57,156 nucleotides of DNA from Oikopleura dioica (lineage: Eukaryota; Animalia; Chordata), in contig CAJRAX010000011.1 in NCBI GenBank assembly GCA_907165135.1, forward strand, positions 1-57,156, given 5' to 3'. A model generated the notes under the pieces. That model was not told the origin of the DNA. It saw nothing but the letters and a program-made list of their open reading frames with translations, and did not search any database. A program made the position numbers and the translations under genes. Positions 13,220 to 27,276 of the stretch are shown piece by piece; the first letter of the stretch is position 1, and every line of letters begins with the position of its first letter.

Positions 13220-16200
13220 ATGTCGAGATACAAGCCTTCTCTTGCTCTTACAGTACTGGTCCTACTGTTTCTACCGCTGGCAAATGCAGAAATTTGGCAC
13301 AGCGAACACACAATGAAAGAAACAGGGCCTGGATCCTTTCTCGTCAACTTGGACCAGCAATTCGGCACCTCAGGACTCGAATGGAAACTCATCACGAACG
13401 CCAAAGGATTTGAACTGAAGGGCTCCGATCTTTACACCAAATCCGAAATCGACCGAGAAAAAATCTGCCCAACGAAGAAAAATGAAGACTGTATTATTAA
13501 TTTGAAGCTCTATTCCTTCAAAAATCAAGGAATTTACGAACTCAGGTAGGCTTTTTCAAATTTTTTTGTAAAATTTTTCAATTATTTGATAAATAATAAA
13601 CGTTAAAATTGAAATTACCGCCGCTTGTTTGTGGTTAATCAAAGACTGCGTGATTTAGGGGGCTGATGAGCACGCGTACTCAAAATAAGACCCTGCACCT
13701 CTGCGCTTATTTATAAGCAAATTAAGTTTTAATGGAGATTTCGGCGATTTCCGCAAAAAAATCATAAGGGAATCCCTATTTAAACGGATTTCCCATCCTC
13801 TTTAATTCTTATGAGATAATTTTTCGAAATTCTGTTCAGAAAGGGACACCCTTGAGAAAAATTTGATTCAATGATTTTTCATCATCAAAAAATCGTTTAG
13901 TTTGACGATCGAAGATGTCAACGACCACAAGCCAGTTTTCGAAGACGAACCGATCGAGATTTTCTTTTCCGAAGACGCCCAAGTTGGCCAGCGAAAAATG
14001 CTCTTCAGCGCGACTGATGAAGACTCCGACGAATTCGGAATCGACCGCTACTCGCTGAAAGACGACTCGGAAACGTTCAACCTGGTCGAGTACAAAAACC
14101 CAGACGACACGAAAGTTCCACAGCTGATTTTAAAAAGAACTCTCGACCGCGAAGAAAAGGACAATTACGAACTCGCCTTGACGGCGTTCGACAAAGGCGA
14201 GCGCGCGAGCACGGTCAAGGTGCTCGTCAACGTTGTTGACGTTAATGACAATCGGCCGACTTGGCAAGGCTGCGAGGGAGGCTCCGTTTCGATCTCAATC
14301 AAAGAGGGGCTCGCGATTGGCGAGCGACTGCCGATCTCTATTGTTGCCACCGACGCGGATGATGGGCTAAATGGACAGATTACTTACAGGTAGAAAGAAA
14401 AAACGCGGCAAAAGTGACAGTAGGCTGATTGATACTTTCTCAAAGCTTTTAAAAGATTTCCGGATGATGAAAAGTAGATATTTCGAGACAAATTGTTAAA
14501 AGTATTCAAAAATTTATTATTTCAATTTTAGATATTCCTCGACAACAAACACCGAAGCCCGAAAAGTCTTCAATTTGAACCCTCAAACAGCCGAAATCAC
14601 AATTCTCGAATCACCCGACTTCGAAAACGTCCAATCCCACCACCTCTACCTCGAAGCAGTTGACAACGGTCAAGAACCCAAAGTCGCCTACTGCATCCTC
14701 AACGTCAACGTCCTCGACGAAAACGACGAAGAGCCGGAAGTCCAAGTCACACCGCTGAATGCCGAGGCAGGCAGCAACTCGAGCGTGATTTTTCTGAAAG
14801 AAGACTTCGAAGTTGGAGGGTAAGAGTGACTCAATTCAGGGACCACTTGCTGCGATTTGTGATAAGAGGATCATTTAATCCAGCGTTTTTCACGGCTCAG
14901 GAGGCGATATTCTTAATTTTCGCGATAAGTGAATTAGTTGTTGACGCTCTAGAATCTGTTGCCAAAACAGGCACTGATATGCTGCACCACCACCACCACC
15001 ACGGCACTTGAATTTTTTCCACTATTTGGCATTTTTTTTATCAATTTTGATATTCGGATTGTTTTATTTTCAAAGCTCTATTAAAAATCTTATTGGTATT
15101 TTTTGAAATTCCTGAATTTTAATTGGCCAATCAAATTTTCCTTTTGAGAAAAATTAAAGGTAATTTCAGGCTCTTCGCAATTGTCCTTGTCACCGATAAA
15201 GACAACCGCGGCGAAGAAGTCACCGCCTCCATCGACAACAGCGCTTTTGAACTGGTCAAGTTTGAAGTCGGCAGCTTTCAACTGCTCCTCGCCGAGGCGC
15301 TCGACTACGAGCAGACTACAGTTATTCAGGCGACGATCTCAGCCACCGACGGAGAGCAAAGCCCCCTTACAAAGGTTTATCCTCTCGAGATTGTCGTCCA
15401 GGATGTGAACGACAATGGCCCCAAGTTTCAGCTTCAAGGAAATGGTCATTTTTTCTTCCTTTCTTTTCATTAAAAAAATAAGCCGCTTTGTAAAATTCTT
15501 TCAAAGTTTCAAAAATTGACCGCAAAAAACAGAATACCAAGTCAAACTCTCCGAATCGGAAGAAATCGGCTACGTCTTGCTCAACCGCTTTAGCGCCACG
15601 GACGAAGACGCCGGCGAAAACGGTTGCATCGACTACGAATTAACTGGAAAAGACTCGTATCTCTTCGGCACTGAAGTGGAAGGCGATTGCGGGCCAGTCT
15701 CGATCGTCCTCAGGCAAAAAATCGATTACGATGAACAACAGCTCGACTCGGAAAGCGCTGAATTGGGAAAGATGGAACTTCAACTCGTGGCAAAAGACCG
15801 CGGTTTTCCGCAAAAAACAAGCGCTACGAGCATTTTTGTCGAGCTTATCGACGAGAACGACAACCAGCCGACCTTTTCCAAGTCGAAATACAGCTTCGAA
15901 TTCCCCGAAACTGCTGAAAAAGGCGACATAATTGGAATCATCACCGCTGAAGACAACGATCTCAGCCCTGCTTTTTCCGACATCAAATTCGACTTCAAAC
16001 CTGAAAAAAGTCAGCTGTCGACTCCGCCGAATCCCTTCGAGTTGGAAATGATGGCCGATAAAAAGTCCGCCCAAATTGTTCTCAAAAGACAACTCGATTT
16101 TGAAGATGAAGGAGAGAAAAACAACAAAAAATGGGAATTTGTCATTACCGCCGAAAACCCGGAAATGCAGGGGATGACAGTCAGCGAGGCACATGTCAAA

Positions 16201-17713
16201 ATCCAGCTTCTCGACGTCAACGAGTTCGCTCCTTCGATCGAGTTCAAGAAATTCAAGACGCTGCGGACTAACAAGGGCAAATCCTACGCGGTGGTCGAGG
16301 AACAGGCGAATGTTACTGTATCGAGATTGGAAGTTAGCGATGAAGACGCTTCAACGACCGCAGAGGATGTTTCCATTCAACTTTTTCCGACTTCGAATCA
16401 ATTTTTCAAGCTCCAGGAAACCTCAAAAACCGGAAAATACCTCCTCGACTACCAGGGCAATCACGCTGACGGGCTTTTTCTAGTCGAAATCGCCGCCAAC
16501 GACAATTTTTCTCCTTCCCCAAAAAACAGCACCATCCGCTTTCCAGTGTTCATCAACACTCGAGCGAGCAAAAATGCCACGGAAATTGCCGCAATCGTCG
16601 ATGAAACCCAACTTGAAGATCTTGACAATGACGATTTCGCCGATATTTTGAGCGCGAACATTGTCTTTATCGGCGGCGGAGCAGCGGTTTTCCTCATTTT
16701 GCTGATTGTTTTGGTTTGCTGTTGTTGCAGGTAAGAGCAGTGGCACTTCTTCAAGCCAAATAAGAATATGGAAGAGGATCATTTATTTAAAATGCCGATT
16801 TTTAGAGCGCGCTGCTGGAGCAAGAAAAAAACAAGGGCACCAAGAAGCCTACAATGTTTCGATGAAAAAAGGGGGGCATGATTATTTGGCGAGCTCGAAG
16901 CATGGCGCTACTCTCGACTCAAGAAACGACTTTGAGGGCAACTGGACGAAACCATACGATCCTAGAGCCATGCAGGTAGCTTTTCATCCCTTTGACTCTC
17001 TTTTACTTATTTCTAGTCGCCTGGGCAATCTTCCTATCATTCTGGAAACGACTCTGGCAAGGGCGAATCTATTCCGACTCAAAACTACCCGGGAAACTCC
17101 TACAACTTCCCAGGTAAAAAAAATTCTAAAAAAAGCCAGCAAAATTGGCGAATTCGCAAGTGACTTGTTCAAGTGGCTAGCTGACGGGTCGGCACTTGGT
17201 CCAGCTGTCACTCGCGCTGCACTTGCTCGCTAAAACCCGTCAAAGTTACTTCCGGGGTGATTTAATTATTGTTATCTTTAGCGCCGCCACCAGCAGTTGG
17301 TTACAATACTCAGCCGCAAGAAATTGGGGATGAAGAGTGGATGGGCTCGCTTCTTCGGCAAAATAATAATCAAATCCAAGGTAAAATTCGATGAAACTTT
17401 CTTTCCATATTTTTCGTTTCCAGAAGGAGCCGCAACAGATACCTTCATCGCCGCGCCAATGAGCAAGTCGAGCTCTTCAAAGCTGATCTACTCTCCTCCT
17501 TCTTCCCAAAGCTATCAAAGTCTCAGCCGCCGCGGCAATAACAACCCTCACCGACCTCATTTCTCCACTTTTCTGGACGAAGAAGAAGTCCGCTCTGAAA
17601 CCAGTTCGATCAGCGTCGCCTTGCTCAACGGGCACATGTCTCCTCATTACGACTCCGACATTGCCAGCAACGCCGGAACTCTCAACAGAAATCAGAACAA
17701 TCGAATTCAGTAA
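13220..17713 (+). CDS. Protocadherin with 7 cadherin repeats (delta-1-like architecture), intron-split ectodomain
   Basis: Signal peptide MSRYKPSLALTVLVLLFLPLANA. DxND/ExP linkers (DVNDHKP, DVNDNRP, DENDEEP, DVNDNGP, DENDNQP, DVNEFAP), LDRE/LDYE/LDFE motifs, TM segment ending VCCCCR, cytoplasmic exons. One extra A in an A7 run near 16825. Confidence 0.9.
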
Positions 17714-18076
17714 GTGTCGAAAAAAGGCTAAGCATCGATCATCGCCTGTTTAGATACACTTACCCCTCGCCACAAGAGAGGGATGAAGCCAACTAAACTG
17801 CCTCCAAAGAAAAAACTACCGACGAACCAAGAATTAAAAATATATCTACCTGTTCCATTTCGCGTGCATTCTTCAACTGTAAAAAAGAAACTGACCTCTC
17901 GAAATCGCAAAGCGGAAAAAAAGAAATACAAACTTGCCAAAAATTTAAAAAATAATCGAAAAGTCTTACCGCTAAAGTTCAATTTTTTCTGTTTATTCAA
18001 AAAAAAATCCAAATAAATCAAAATTGAAATCAACGAAGAGTTTTTCTTTCAAGTAAAAATAGAGTTTCATTATTCT

Positions 18077-19358
18077 TTATTCAAGGGAAAACATAACTTT
18101 CATGCAATTTCCAGAGCGCGCCAATTCGAAGGCACTTTCGAATTCTTCAAGTTTGAATCGATGCGAGATCAGCGCTTTCAACAAGTCAAAAAGCAGAAAT
18201 CGCTACTGTTTTTGCTAAAGTCTATTTTGACATTTTCCTTCAATCTGTTTTTGTATTTCTGGGCTATGGTGACTCCAGCTGGCCAAGTGTTGCAGTAGCG
18301 AAAGACGCCGCGAATGTCGATTTCCTGAACCGAAGCAAGCATGATTGGCAACTCGTACATCTTGTCGCGCGGAGCCAAGCCAACGAGAACGACTGTTGAT
18401 CCTGGCTTCGCCGCGAAGATGCTTTTTCGGGATTTATTTTTTCCGCTCGATGTTAAATTGAATGCTCTTTAGAATCCGAAGCTAAGCTGCATGCATTCTG
18501 TTCGACCAGTGCATTCCATCACAGCGTCGAATTTTTGCCCAAGCTCGGTCAAAATGTCGTCACGTGATTTTGACATGACATTAACAGTTTCAAAACCAAG
18601 GGATCGAGCGAGCTCTAGGCGACTTTCGATGACATCTGTTAAGACGATTCTTCCGGCTCCTCTTGCGCTCGCTGCGATCGCGCTTTTATTATCAAATAAT
18701 TAATTAATTAATTTATTCATTACCTCACAAGTCCAATCGGCCCAGCTCCAGTAATAAGCACATCCTGGCCAGGTTCAACTCTTGCTCGCTTAGCAGCGTG
18801 AATTCCAACAGAAAGCGGCTCAATCATCGCGCCCAGCTCGTAGCTCATCTCTTCCGGCATCTTGTAGCAGCAGCTCGCCTTGTGCACGAAGTACTGGCAG
18901 AGACAACCGTCGTCCGGCGGCGTGGCGCAGAAAAACACCTTGCTCAAATTGTAGCGCCCGTTTTTCGTCAATTCATCGTCGCCAGTCGCGTAGCCGGGTT
19001 CGAAAGCGACGCGATCGCCTTTGACAACGTTGCTGACTTTGGATCCGACTTGGATGATTTCGCCAGCGCCTTCGTGGCCGAGAACCATTTTGTTGTCAAC
19101 TGCGAATCGGGCTCCTCGGCCTTGAGTCCAGTAATGAACATCTGATCCGCAGATGCCAACTGCCTGAAACAGAGTTGAAAAATCAATCATTCTCAAGGGC
19201 CTTACCTTTACTTTGATCAAAACCTCATCCTCCTCCAGAGACCGCGTCGCTCCAAGATCGCCAATTTTCAGCTCTGTTATCCAATCGCCCGGAACTCCCT
19301 TGTCAGTCCAGGGATCCTTGCCCTCTCTGTTTTCGACGAAGATGCCTCGATTCTGCAT
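18077..19358 (-). CDS. SORD: Sorbitol dehydrogenase (Zn-dependent MDR family)
   Basis: VGICGSDVHYW, MVLGHEGAG, GDRVAFEPG, IEPLSVGIHA, GAGPIGL, GVFRYCNTWP, LISHRFKLEE across 5 exons. Confidence 0.93.
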
Positions 19359-19575
19359 GTTACAAAATTTCAAGAAAAAGATGGCAAAATGGCCATTTTA
19401 TTCAAATTCAAGTGCTTGGCAAATAAAGAGATTGATGATCGTAAATTGTCGTTAATTTTAAGGAGCCCACTTCTTTCGACAAGAGCTCTGCAAGCTAAAA
19501 TTTGATTTTCAATTTTGCAATACATTTATTTGATTTATTCAAAATCAGTGTCAAAAAGCAGCAGTTAAAGATTTT

Positions 19576-20204
19576 TCAGAAGTCCTTCGAGTCCGCCCAA
19601 GTCAAATCCTTTCGATCCTCCTTTTTGCTTCCAAGACCTCCCAAGTCTCCGAACGCGTCCGCCATCTGGCCGATGATATCGGCATTTTTAGTCGATCTCT
19701 TTAAGAGAGTGTTAATAACACATTTTCAGCGATGTTTCTTTCCGAGCTCAAACCTTTCCGCGGGAAGAAGAGCCTCTTTTGGAGGAAGAACCAAACGACG
19801 CTTTCTTCTTTCCATTTCCGAGGCCGAATTCGTCACCCAAACCCCGAAAACATCCTTCATTTGGTTGACAATGTCAATTTGGTCGATGATTCCCTCGGCT
19901 AAACATTGAAATGACTTTTTTAAACAATCTAAGACGAAAACGAACCTGAAAGATCGACAATATGGCCGATTCCCTTTTCCAAGCAGGCGACTCCGTCCTC
20001 GATCGAGTTCATTTTGCCGCATTCTCTGTTTAAATCGAAGTCAGCAACTCTGTCCATCATCTGAAAATTCAATAAGTGAAAGAATTGACAAGAAAATACT
20101 CACTTCTCCAATGTCGAAACTGTTGATAATATCGCTCAAATCACCGGGAAGGGAGTCGGCTCCGCTGAGGAGGCGAAGGCGGCGAAGAATCCGAAAAGTT
20201 TCAT
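19576..20204 (-). CDS. Small secreted Cys-containing protein (paralog of 26774-27276); one apparent frameshift in the signal peptide
   Basis: Starts MKLFGFFAAFA. Exon 2 MMDRVADFDLNRECGKMNSIEDGVACLEKG aligns with the paralog's FEKVANYDFERPRECHSEKMTIEEGVACVQQG. Confidence 0.7.
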
Positions 20205-20762
20205 CGTTTTTTGATGCGCAGAATTTTCGAGTATGCGCGAGTTGAGTTGGTACTCCCCATTTTGTAATTTCATTTTGCAAATTCAGCAAATAGGGCGTTA
20301 TCTCAGGATAATGAAACGAACCTAACACTTGAGTTCAAATTAACAAATTCTTGCTTATTGATATTTTTCATAATTTCCCGTCATTTTTCATCTGAAGTTT
20401 CTCCTCTTTTTCTATAAAAAATGAGTTTTTCTTGGGAAAAGCTTAAACGCGGTCTTTTTCGAATGATGTAGGATTTCTAGACATTCGACCTTCAATGATC
20501 TTGGCTGTTAGGTTCAGACCAAGGTGCTATAATCGCTCCGGAGACGCCTGTTTTCACCTACCTACAGCAGTCTCGCGCTATAAATCAAATAAAGCTTGTA
20601 GCTTGCTGCTTCATGGAAAATTTTGAACATGGAGTTCAGTATCTCGTTTTGAACCTCGACTGCCAAATTGAAAATGGACTCAGGTTCGACTTTGACCGCA
20701 GAAAAGAACCCGCTCAGCCAAAAAGCGCTGCCAAAAGAGACTTGTTTTCGTTTCGAAATCTC

Positions 20763-22145
20763 ATGAAATTTTTATGTTTTATTCTTTTTTGCTCTTTTTC
20801 TTTGTCGATGGAAATTCCGGCCGAATCGATCGAGAAAATCGTCGGCGATATGGACAAAATGTTCACTTCCAGCCTGAGCGGGTATAAAGAGATCAAGGAG
20901 GAGTTTGCGAAATCGCAAATTGTTTTGCCGGAAATTTGCGCGAATATGAATTCGTTTAAAAATGTGGCGCAGTGTGGGCAGTCGTTTGTTGAAGATGTTT
21001 ATGCTTCTGGAAGTAAGAAAATTTTTGATGGATTTTTTCAAAATTTGTTTAGTAAAAACTTTGATCAACGTCTTCGGCGAAAGCTATTCCGTAGAAGAAA
21101 GCCTCAACAATCTGAACGCGAATTTCGACCAGCTAATTGAAGAACTGGGCGGTGAAAACTTGGTGGACGAAAAACGAAAATGAAAATCGAGAAGGCGAAA
21201 ATGGTGGTTTCCAGTTTGGTCGATTTTAACATTGAAGACAAAAACCTCTTCGCGGGAATTCCCAGCTCGCTGATTAAAATTGACGACATTATTTGGGAAT
21301 CTGCTGAGGAATCTGTTCAAATTACCGATGCTCTACTTGAAGAAGTAAGTTTTTCCTGTCTTTTAGAATACTTCTTGCGAATAGACAATTGATAGAGCTT
21401 TTTAGTGGAGTGGGAGGTACTCATCTGCGGCGAGAAAATTGTTCGATATTTGTAGAGAGAATGATGAAGGTGCGTTTGTTAAATAGATTTTAGGGTTTCT
21501 TTTTGGAAAATAATCAATTAAAAAATGCCGAAAAGAAATTCCAAAATATCTTCTCGCAAAATGCGGCCGAAAGCTGATGAAAGACCTCAAAATCAATCAA
21601 AGTACGAAGTTAATAAAAGCTGAGATAATAAAAATTCGTTCAGAAACAAGTTTGATAATTGATTTCCTCAAATTTTCGTTCGACGAATTTGATGATGACC
21701 GAAATGGAAAACTTGATTTTGAAAAGTTCGAAAAGATCTTTGCCAATTTCATCGCGACGGCCGGATCGACCATGATCAAGATTTTCGATAGAAATGAAGA
21801 CGGAATAATCGACAAAGCGGAAACAAACAAGGTTAGGTTTTGAAAGAATCCTTCTTTGTATGTTTTATAGATTTTGAAAGAACTTGGCAAATTAAGCGTC
21901 TTTCAAGGCGATTATTTGAGCGGATCTTACAGTAATTTCTACCTGCACCCCACTGCTGATGTAAGAACTCCCTCTGAGAAACTTTTAAATAACCATTTTT
22001 TCAGCTGATATCAAGTTTTCTGGTGTCGACAAAACAGACAATTTCGAAGTCGGAGATGACGAATATGACGGCGAAGGTGATGACAAGACTAGCAAGCGAT
22101 TACTATGACCTGCAAGTTTCTGACTGGGAAGCGAGAAATAAATGA
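20763..22145 (+). CDS. Secreted EF-hand protein (3' end uncertain)
   Basis: Signal peptide MKFLCFILFCSFSLS and EF-hand loops DDDRNGKLDFEKF and DRNEDGIIDKAE in downstream exons. Confidence 0.65.
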
Positions 22146-22182
22146 ACCAACAAAAGTCTTTTGCTTTATTTTTTATCGCAAA

Positions 22183-25100
22183 TCAGTATTTGATAATTTC
22201 TTTAACTCGACCTCGATCTAAAAATATCGACGTCGATCCCAATATTTTGCTTTCTTCCTCCACATGAGTGCTCACCAAAACGCCTTTGTTTAATTTTTCA
22301 AACACTTGAAGCAAGCTTTTCATTTTGATCCTCGCTGACGGGTCCAGACCGCTCTAGAAAAAATTAATAATACAGAAAAAGAAGCAAGCACTCACGGAAG
22401 GTTCATCAAGAACGATGAAATCCGGGTTGTTGAGAATCGAAATGGCGACGGACAATTTTCGCTTAGCTCCTCCAGAAAGCTCTTTCGTCAGTCTTTTGGA
22501 ATATTTGACAATATCCACGAGGGAACTGATTTCCTTCGCGACTCGCTGGCAGTTTTCGATTCCTCTTGTTCCGAGTAAGATTTCGATCGTTTCTTCTACC
22601 GTCAAGTTGTCTAGCAGACAATCTTGCTGTCTGCAATACCCGATTCTTCCTGATCTCGAAATGAAGCCACTTGATGGGGTCTTTAATTGACAGAGAATGC
22701 TCAAGAGCGTTGTTTTTCCAGCCCCGTTTGAGCCGAGAAGACAGATGGTTTCCCCACGATGAAGGTTGAAAGAAACATCTTTCAGTACTTCCTTCTTTCG
22801 CTGCTTTTCTATTAAAGGGTCTCAAAATGAAGAATCGAGAAAATAAAAGAATGAAGAATTTTAGACCGTCCTTTGTAGATTTTGGTGATATTTTTGATTT
22901 GAATGGATTCTTCTGAATTAGGAACAGAATTCGTTTCTTCAATGGGTGTTAGTTCATCATCGCAGTTTTCAAGGAAAAAGAGAATCATCCAGTAGATAGA
23001 CGAAAGACCAAAGCATCTGTTTCCATGGTTGTTAAAAAATTAAACGATTTTGTAACCTTTTATTTTCTCCAACCATTTTCTTATCCACGAATTGCCAGAT
23101 ATTCTGACCACGCTCATCGAATCAATCTGTATCGCTTGGCAAAAGAAAGATACTCCCGTGGTCTTTTTACTGATGCATAATTTCGAGAAAGAATTTGACG
23201 AATAGATTTCAAAAAGCTCGATCGCGAAGTTGTACGAAGGCAGAATTCCATACAGCTGAAAGAGAAGAGAAGACTCTTGCTCGTTTCCGGTGAAGATCTG
23301 CGCGCAGGTGGCGGACATGAACATCAGAACCGTGCAAATGATGTTGACGTTGCTGTGGTGGCCGATGAAGGAGCCTTTGTCTTCTGATAGATGGCCGAGG
23401 ATGAAAGCTACCGGCATGTGGGCAATAAAGAATCGGATGCAGACGAAAAAGACGGGCGAGAATTCGTCGAGTCCGAGGAGAAAATTCGGCGATTTGATGA
23501 AAAACTCGTCGCTGCCATCGTTGCGACAAGAAGTAGCACTGACTGTATTAGACAGGTGACGTACTGGATGAGCCAGAAGTGATGCCTTTTCAGGTTCGAT
23601 GTATGCGCTTGAATTTGCCTGAAGCCAGTTGTTCTCTCCTCCACTGCGTTCATTCCAATCGGCGCCATCATCAGCATCATCGCCAAAATACAGTTGTAGA
23701 CTACGGTCATTCCTTTCACAAACGAATCTGTAAAGAGCGCGTCTCCCTCCGGCTGGGGAAGATCAAAGGGCTTGTGGGTCAGAAACATGCTCGAGTTGCT
23801 CTTTGCTTTTGAAGAAGGGTTCGATGAGAATGAAGGAGAGCAGCTGGAGGAGCGTGGAAAAAGTCGTTCGGGAACAAAGAAAAGTCGTAGTCTGGAAGGT
23901 GGACGATTCCGTTCAGTCCCGTTCCGATCGTTTTCAGCACATCGTCGAAATTGACCGTTGATGCTTCCGGGCTTGCGCTTCTATTGCTGTCGAGGAAGAT
24001 GTCTGTCAAGATGATCACGGCTGTCGGGAGGAGAAACTGCATTAAGAGGATGAAAGGATTTCTTTTCAGAAGAATAAAGCACTTTCGAAGCTGAGTAAGG
24101 AGAATTGACGAAATTTGATCGTCACTTTTTTGGCTTTCTGAAGGGCTTTTTCAAGGACTTCGTAACTTTTTATTCGTTCTTCTAGCTGCCAATTTCCTTT
24201 CTCTGTATTGACTGGATCAAAAAATGAGGACAGTCTGAATGAGGGTTCGTCTTTCATCATTTCTTTGAGCGATCCAGACTCGGGAAGCTGCCCATCTTTC
24301 AAGAAAATCACCGAGTTCGCTAAGTTTTCCGCTTCGTCCATGTAATGAGTCGACATGAGAATAGAAGTCGCGCTTGATAAACTTTTCAATATTCCCCAGA
24401 GTTCCTTTCTAGAGACCGGGTCAAGTCCGGAGGATGGTTCGTCCAAAAGCAATCTTTTCGGACGGCCGATGATGGAGAGCCCTAAAGAAAGCTTTCGAAG
24501 CATACCGCCCGAAAGCTGATTCGGAAAGTTTTCGAGCTTTTCGGAAAGTTGAACGTCTTTTGCCAAGGATTCAATCTCTTCATGGTCAAAAGAAGATTCA
24601 GCCGAGAGTTCGGAGAAGATTTCAAAATGCTCCTTCACCGTCAAAAATTCAAAGAAAATGTTGTGCTGCGGACAGTATCCGCAATTCCCGCTGCCGATGA
24701 GGTCTGATCCAGATGTGGGCTCAACAAATCCGCATAGAATGCTCAACAGCGTCGATTTTCCTGATCCATTTTCGCCGAGAAGAACTGTTATTGTCTTTTC
24801 TTCAGTTTTGAAGGAAACGTTTTTCAAGGCGACTTGACCGGAAGAAGAGTAGAATTTCGATAAATTTTGCACTTCGAAGCGAAAAGCGTCCGTTTTCTTC
24901 TGGGAGTTGAGTTTTCTGCTCTTTATGTTCTCAATTTTGAGAGTGAGGTAGAAGTAAAACAGCGTCGTGAGAAGAAGATAGAAGATAACATCGACCATTC
25001 CCAGTGGATCTTCAAAGAAAATTCTCTTGAAGAAATTCTTATTGAGAGACAAGGCCATCTTTTGCCTTCGTAATGGCAGATCATGTCGCAGCCCAATGCG

Positions 25101-26396
25101 AGCAAAATTGTTGGATTGAGAATGATCGCAATTTTCAGCAGAAATGGCATGAGACGCCAGCTGGTCGAGATAAATCCATGCGGGACGGAAATGAAGAAAA
25201 TGATCGCCGAAGTCACTGTTGCCGCCGTTGTTGGCGTCTTGAAAATGTCGAAGCAAAGTGACAGACGAAAATCAAGGAAGAACCATAAGCAGTGAGAAGA
25301 AGCCAGATAACGGAAAACGAAGTGTGGGGAAAGATCGCGCCGTTGGTCGAAATCTTCGCAGTCAACGAGAAGGAAACGATGGCAGAAGCGATCGATTGAA
25401 AAACCAAACTGACGAAGTGGTGCGCTAGAATGATGTCCTTCGGCGACGCGCCAACGAGAGACAGGTAATCCAGTCGATGTTCTTCCCTATGGCGAGTGAT
25501 AGTCCGAATCACGTGTTGGACAAAATGCGCAAATCCGATCATGAAAATCAGGTGGAGTTGTTGCCGCGCCATTTCCGCAAAAGTCGCAGTCAGTTTGACC
25601 GACTGTCGAAACGGCTGTAAAATTTGTTCAGCATCATTTTTGACGCCGTTTTGCTCTAGAAACTGTTTCTGAATCGAGTTCTGCACGGGTAGAAATGCTT
25701 CGGTGTAGTAGAGCGACCACTGAGAATGATCGTCGATCAAAGTTGAGCCGATTGTGTTCGTAATCATTTTCCCAAAAATCGTCGGAGAGGTCAAATGCCC
25801 CATCCAGCCCTTCCAATTTCCCTTGATTGGATATTTTCCAGCAGTTGGAACTGTTCGAATCGTAAAATCTAGCTTTTTAGAAACTTCTGAATGAAAATGA
25901 ACGCCGAGGAAAATATTCAAAGTGCTATTTTTCGATCGGGAATGAATGTACTCTTCCATGTCTTCAACTGTCGAAAATCCTTTCGGCACAATTCTTTTCT
26001 TTTGAGAAATGTTGCCGAAAAAGTCGTAGCCGCTGAATTTTCGACCGATGTCGGAGCAGGTTTTGTTGATGATTTCAAAGTTACGAGGAGTGTCTGGAGT
26101 GAAGAGGATCTCATGAGTGTCGACCACGGAGAATCGTTTGGGATAGACTTTTGACGAAATTATTGGCGGGAGGTTTACTTGCGGCGTGTCGTAATCTCTC
26201 GCTGAAAATTAAGATAGAGATTGGACGAGGGAATTTTCTTACCGATTGATTCCCTGAAACTGAGAAGCAAAATCGAGCTCAAAGAAGGAACCGTCAAGAG
26301 AAGAACCAAATCCAGCGGCTTTCTCAGCTTTTCTAGCAAGAACAGTCGAGCGAGGGTCCAAAATTTTCTCTTTGATATTTTTGAATTTTTCTTCAT
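22183..26396 (-). CDS. Full-size ABCA-family transporter (TMD-NBD-TMD-NBD), with apparent 1-bp frameshifts
   Basis: NBD1 GENGSGKST, LSGGMLRKLSLG, LLLDEPSSGLDP, STHYMDEAE. NBD2 LSGGAKRKLSVA, VLDEPS..GLDP. Hydrophobic TM ORFs lie between them. Frame changes near 25240 and 25060. Confidence 0.88.
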
Positions 26397-26773
26397 TTTC
26401 GAAGAAAATTGATCAGTAAGGAAAATTATCAAGTGCGTTGTCTTGAAATAAGCCGCGCAATCTTTGAACCTCGCACTCAAGTTCAGAGTCTGAGCTTCAG
26501 ACTTTTCTGCTTTTTTGAGGTCAAATTCGACGAGTTGGGAGTCTTTGTGACTTTTATGTTCTGGAAAATTGAATAAAAAGGAACAATGGTATTAAATCTC
26601 AAACAGAAATTCAAGAACGCCAAAAGCTAAGATTTTTCTAACCTCTTATTTTAGGTTCATTTCTTTATTTCAAGTACGAAGGTCACCTTTTTTGTCACGT
26701 TGGTCCACAATGTCTTCACCAAGCTAGTCTAGGCAGGGCAACACTTTGTAAACAATATCAGCAAAATTTTGAA

Positions 26774-27276
26774 ATGAAACTTTTCGGACTTTTTGCTGGT
26801 CTCGCTGCAGCTCAAGATTTTCGCGTGCTCAATGGAGCGGCTGAAGATTTGGACAAGATCATTCGTTCGTCTTCTGGCAACTTCAAAGAGGTAAGTATTC
26901 GCTTCAATTGATTTTTTAATCATGTATCAGATCTTTGAAAAAGTCGCGAACTACGATTTCGAGCGACCAAGAGAATGCCACAGCGAGAAAATGACGATCG
27001 AGGAAGGCGTTGCCTGCGTCCAACAGGGCTTCAGCCAGATTCTAGAGTTTGCATGTAAGTTCTTTCAAGCACCACTCAGCTTACCCGCCTTGCCTAGCAG
27101 AGACTTTCGCGGAGACCTCGGAAAACTTGGTAAAAGACGGAGCCTACGACCGTGTGGTCGAGCGAGCATCGGCATTGACGGAACAAATGAAAAAGAGCCT
27201 GGAAGAAGCCGGATTTAATCTTGAAAAGGACCTCGAAAATAGAGACGAGAATATCACAGAAAAAGATGGTCTGTGA
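26774..27276 (+). CDS. Small secreted Cys-containing protein (3 exons)
   Basis: MKLFGLFAGLAAAQDF signal peptide. GT-AG introns join into one frame, and the protein is a paralog of 19576-20204. Confidence 0.75.

Noticed and set aside
14984-15002. His6-like ORF end (MLHHHHHHGT) suggesting vector or tag contamination
   Set aside because: It is a short (CAC)n microsatellite inside a protocadherin intron with no vector context.
15640-16782. Long antisense or alternate-frame ORFs over the protocadherin, kinase, GT31, SORD and ABCA exons
   Set aside because: They are shadow ORFs of real coding exons with no independent motifs or splice logic.
1560-25260. Programmed ribosomal frameshifting in the kinase, protocadherin, secreted-protein and ABCA genes
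   Set aside because: The shifts are single-base gains or losses mostly in short homopolymer runs of unrelated genes, which is typical of long-read consensus error. No slippery site plus stimulatory structure is evident.
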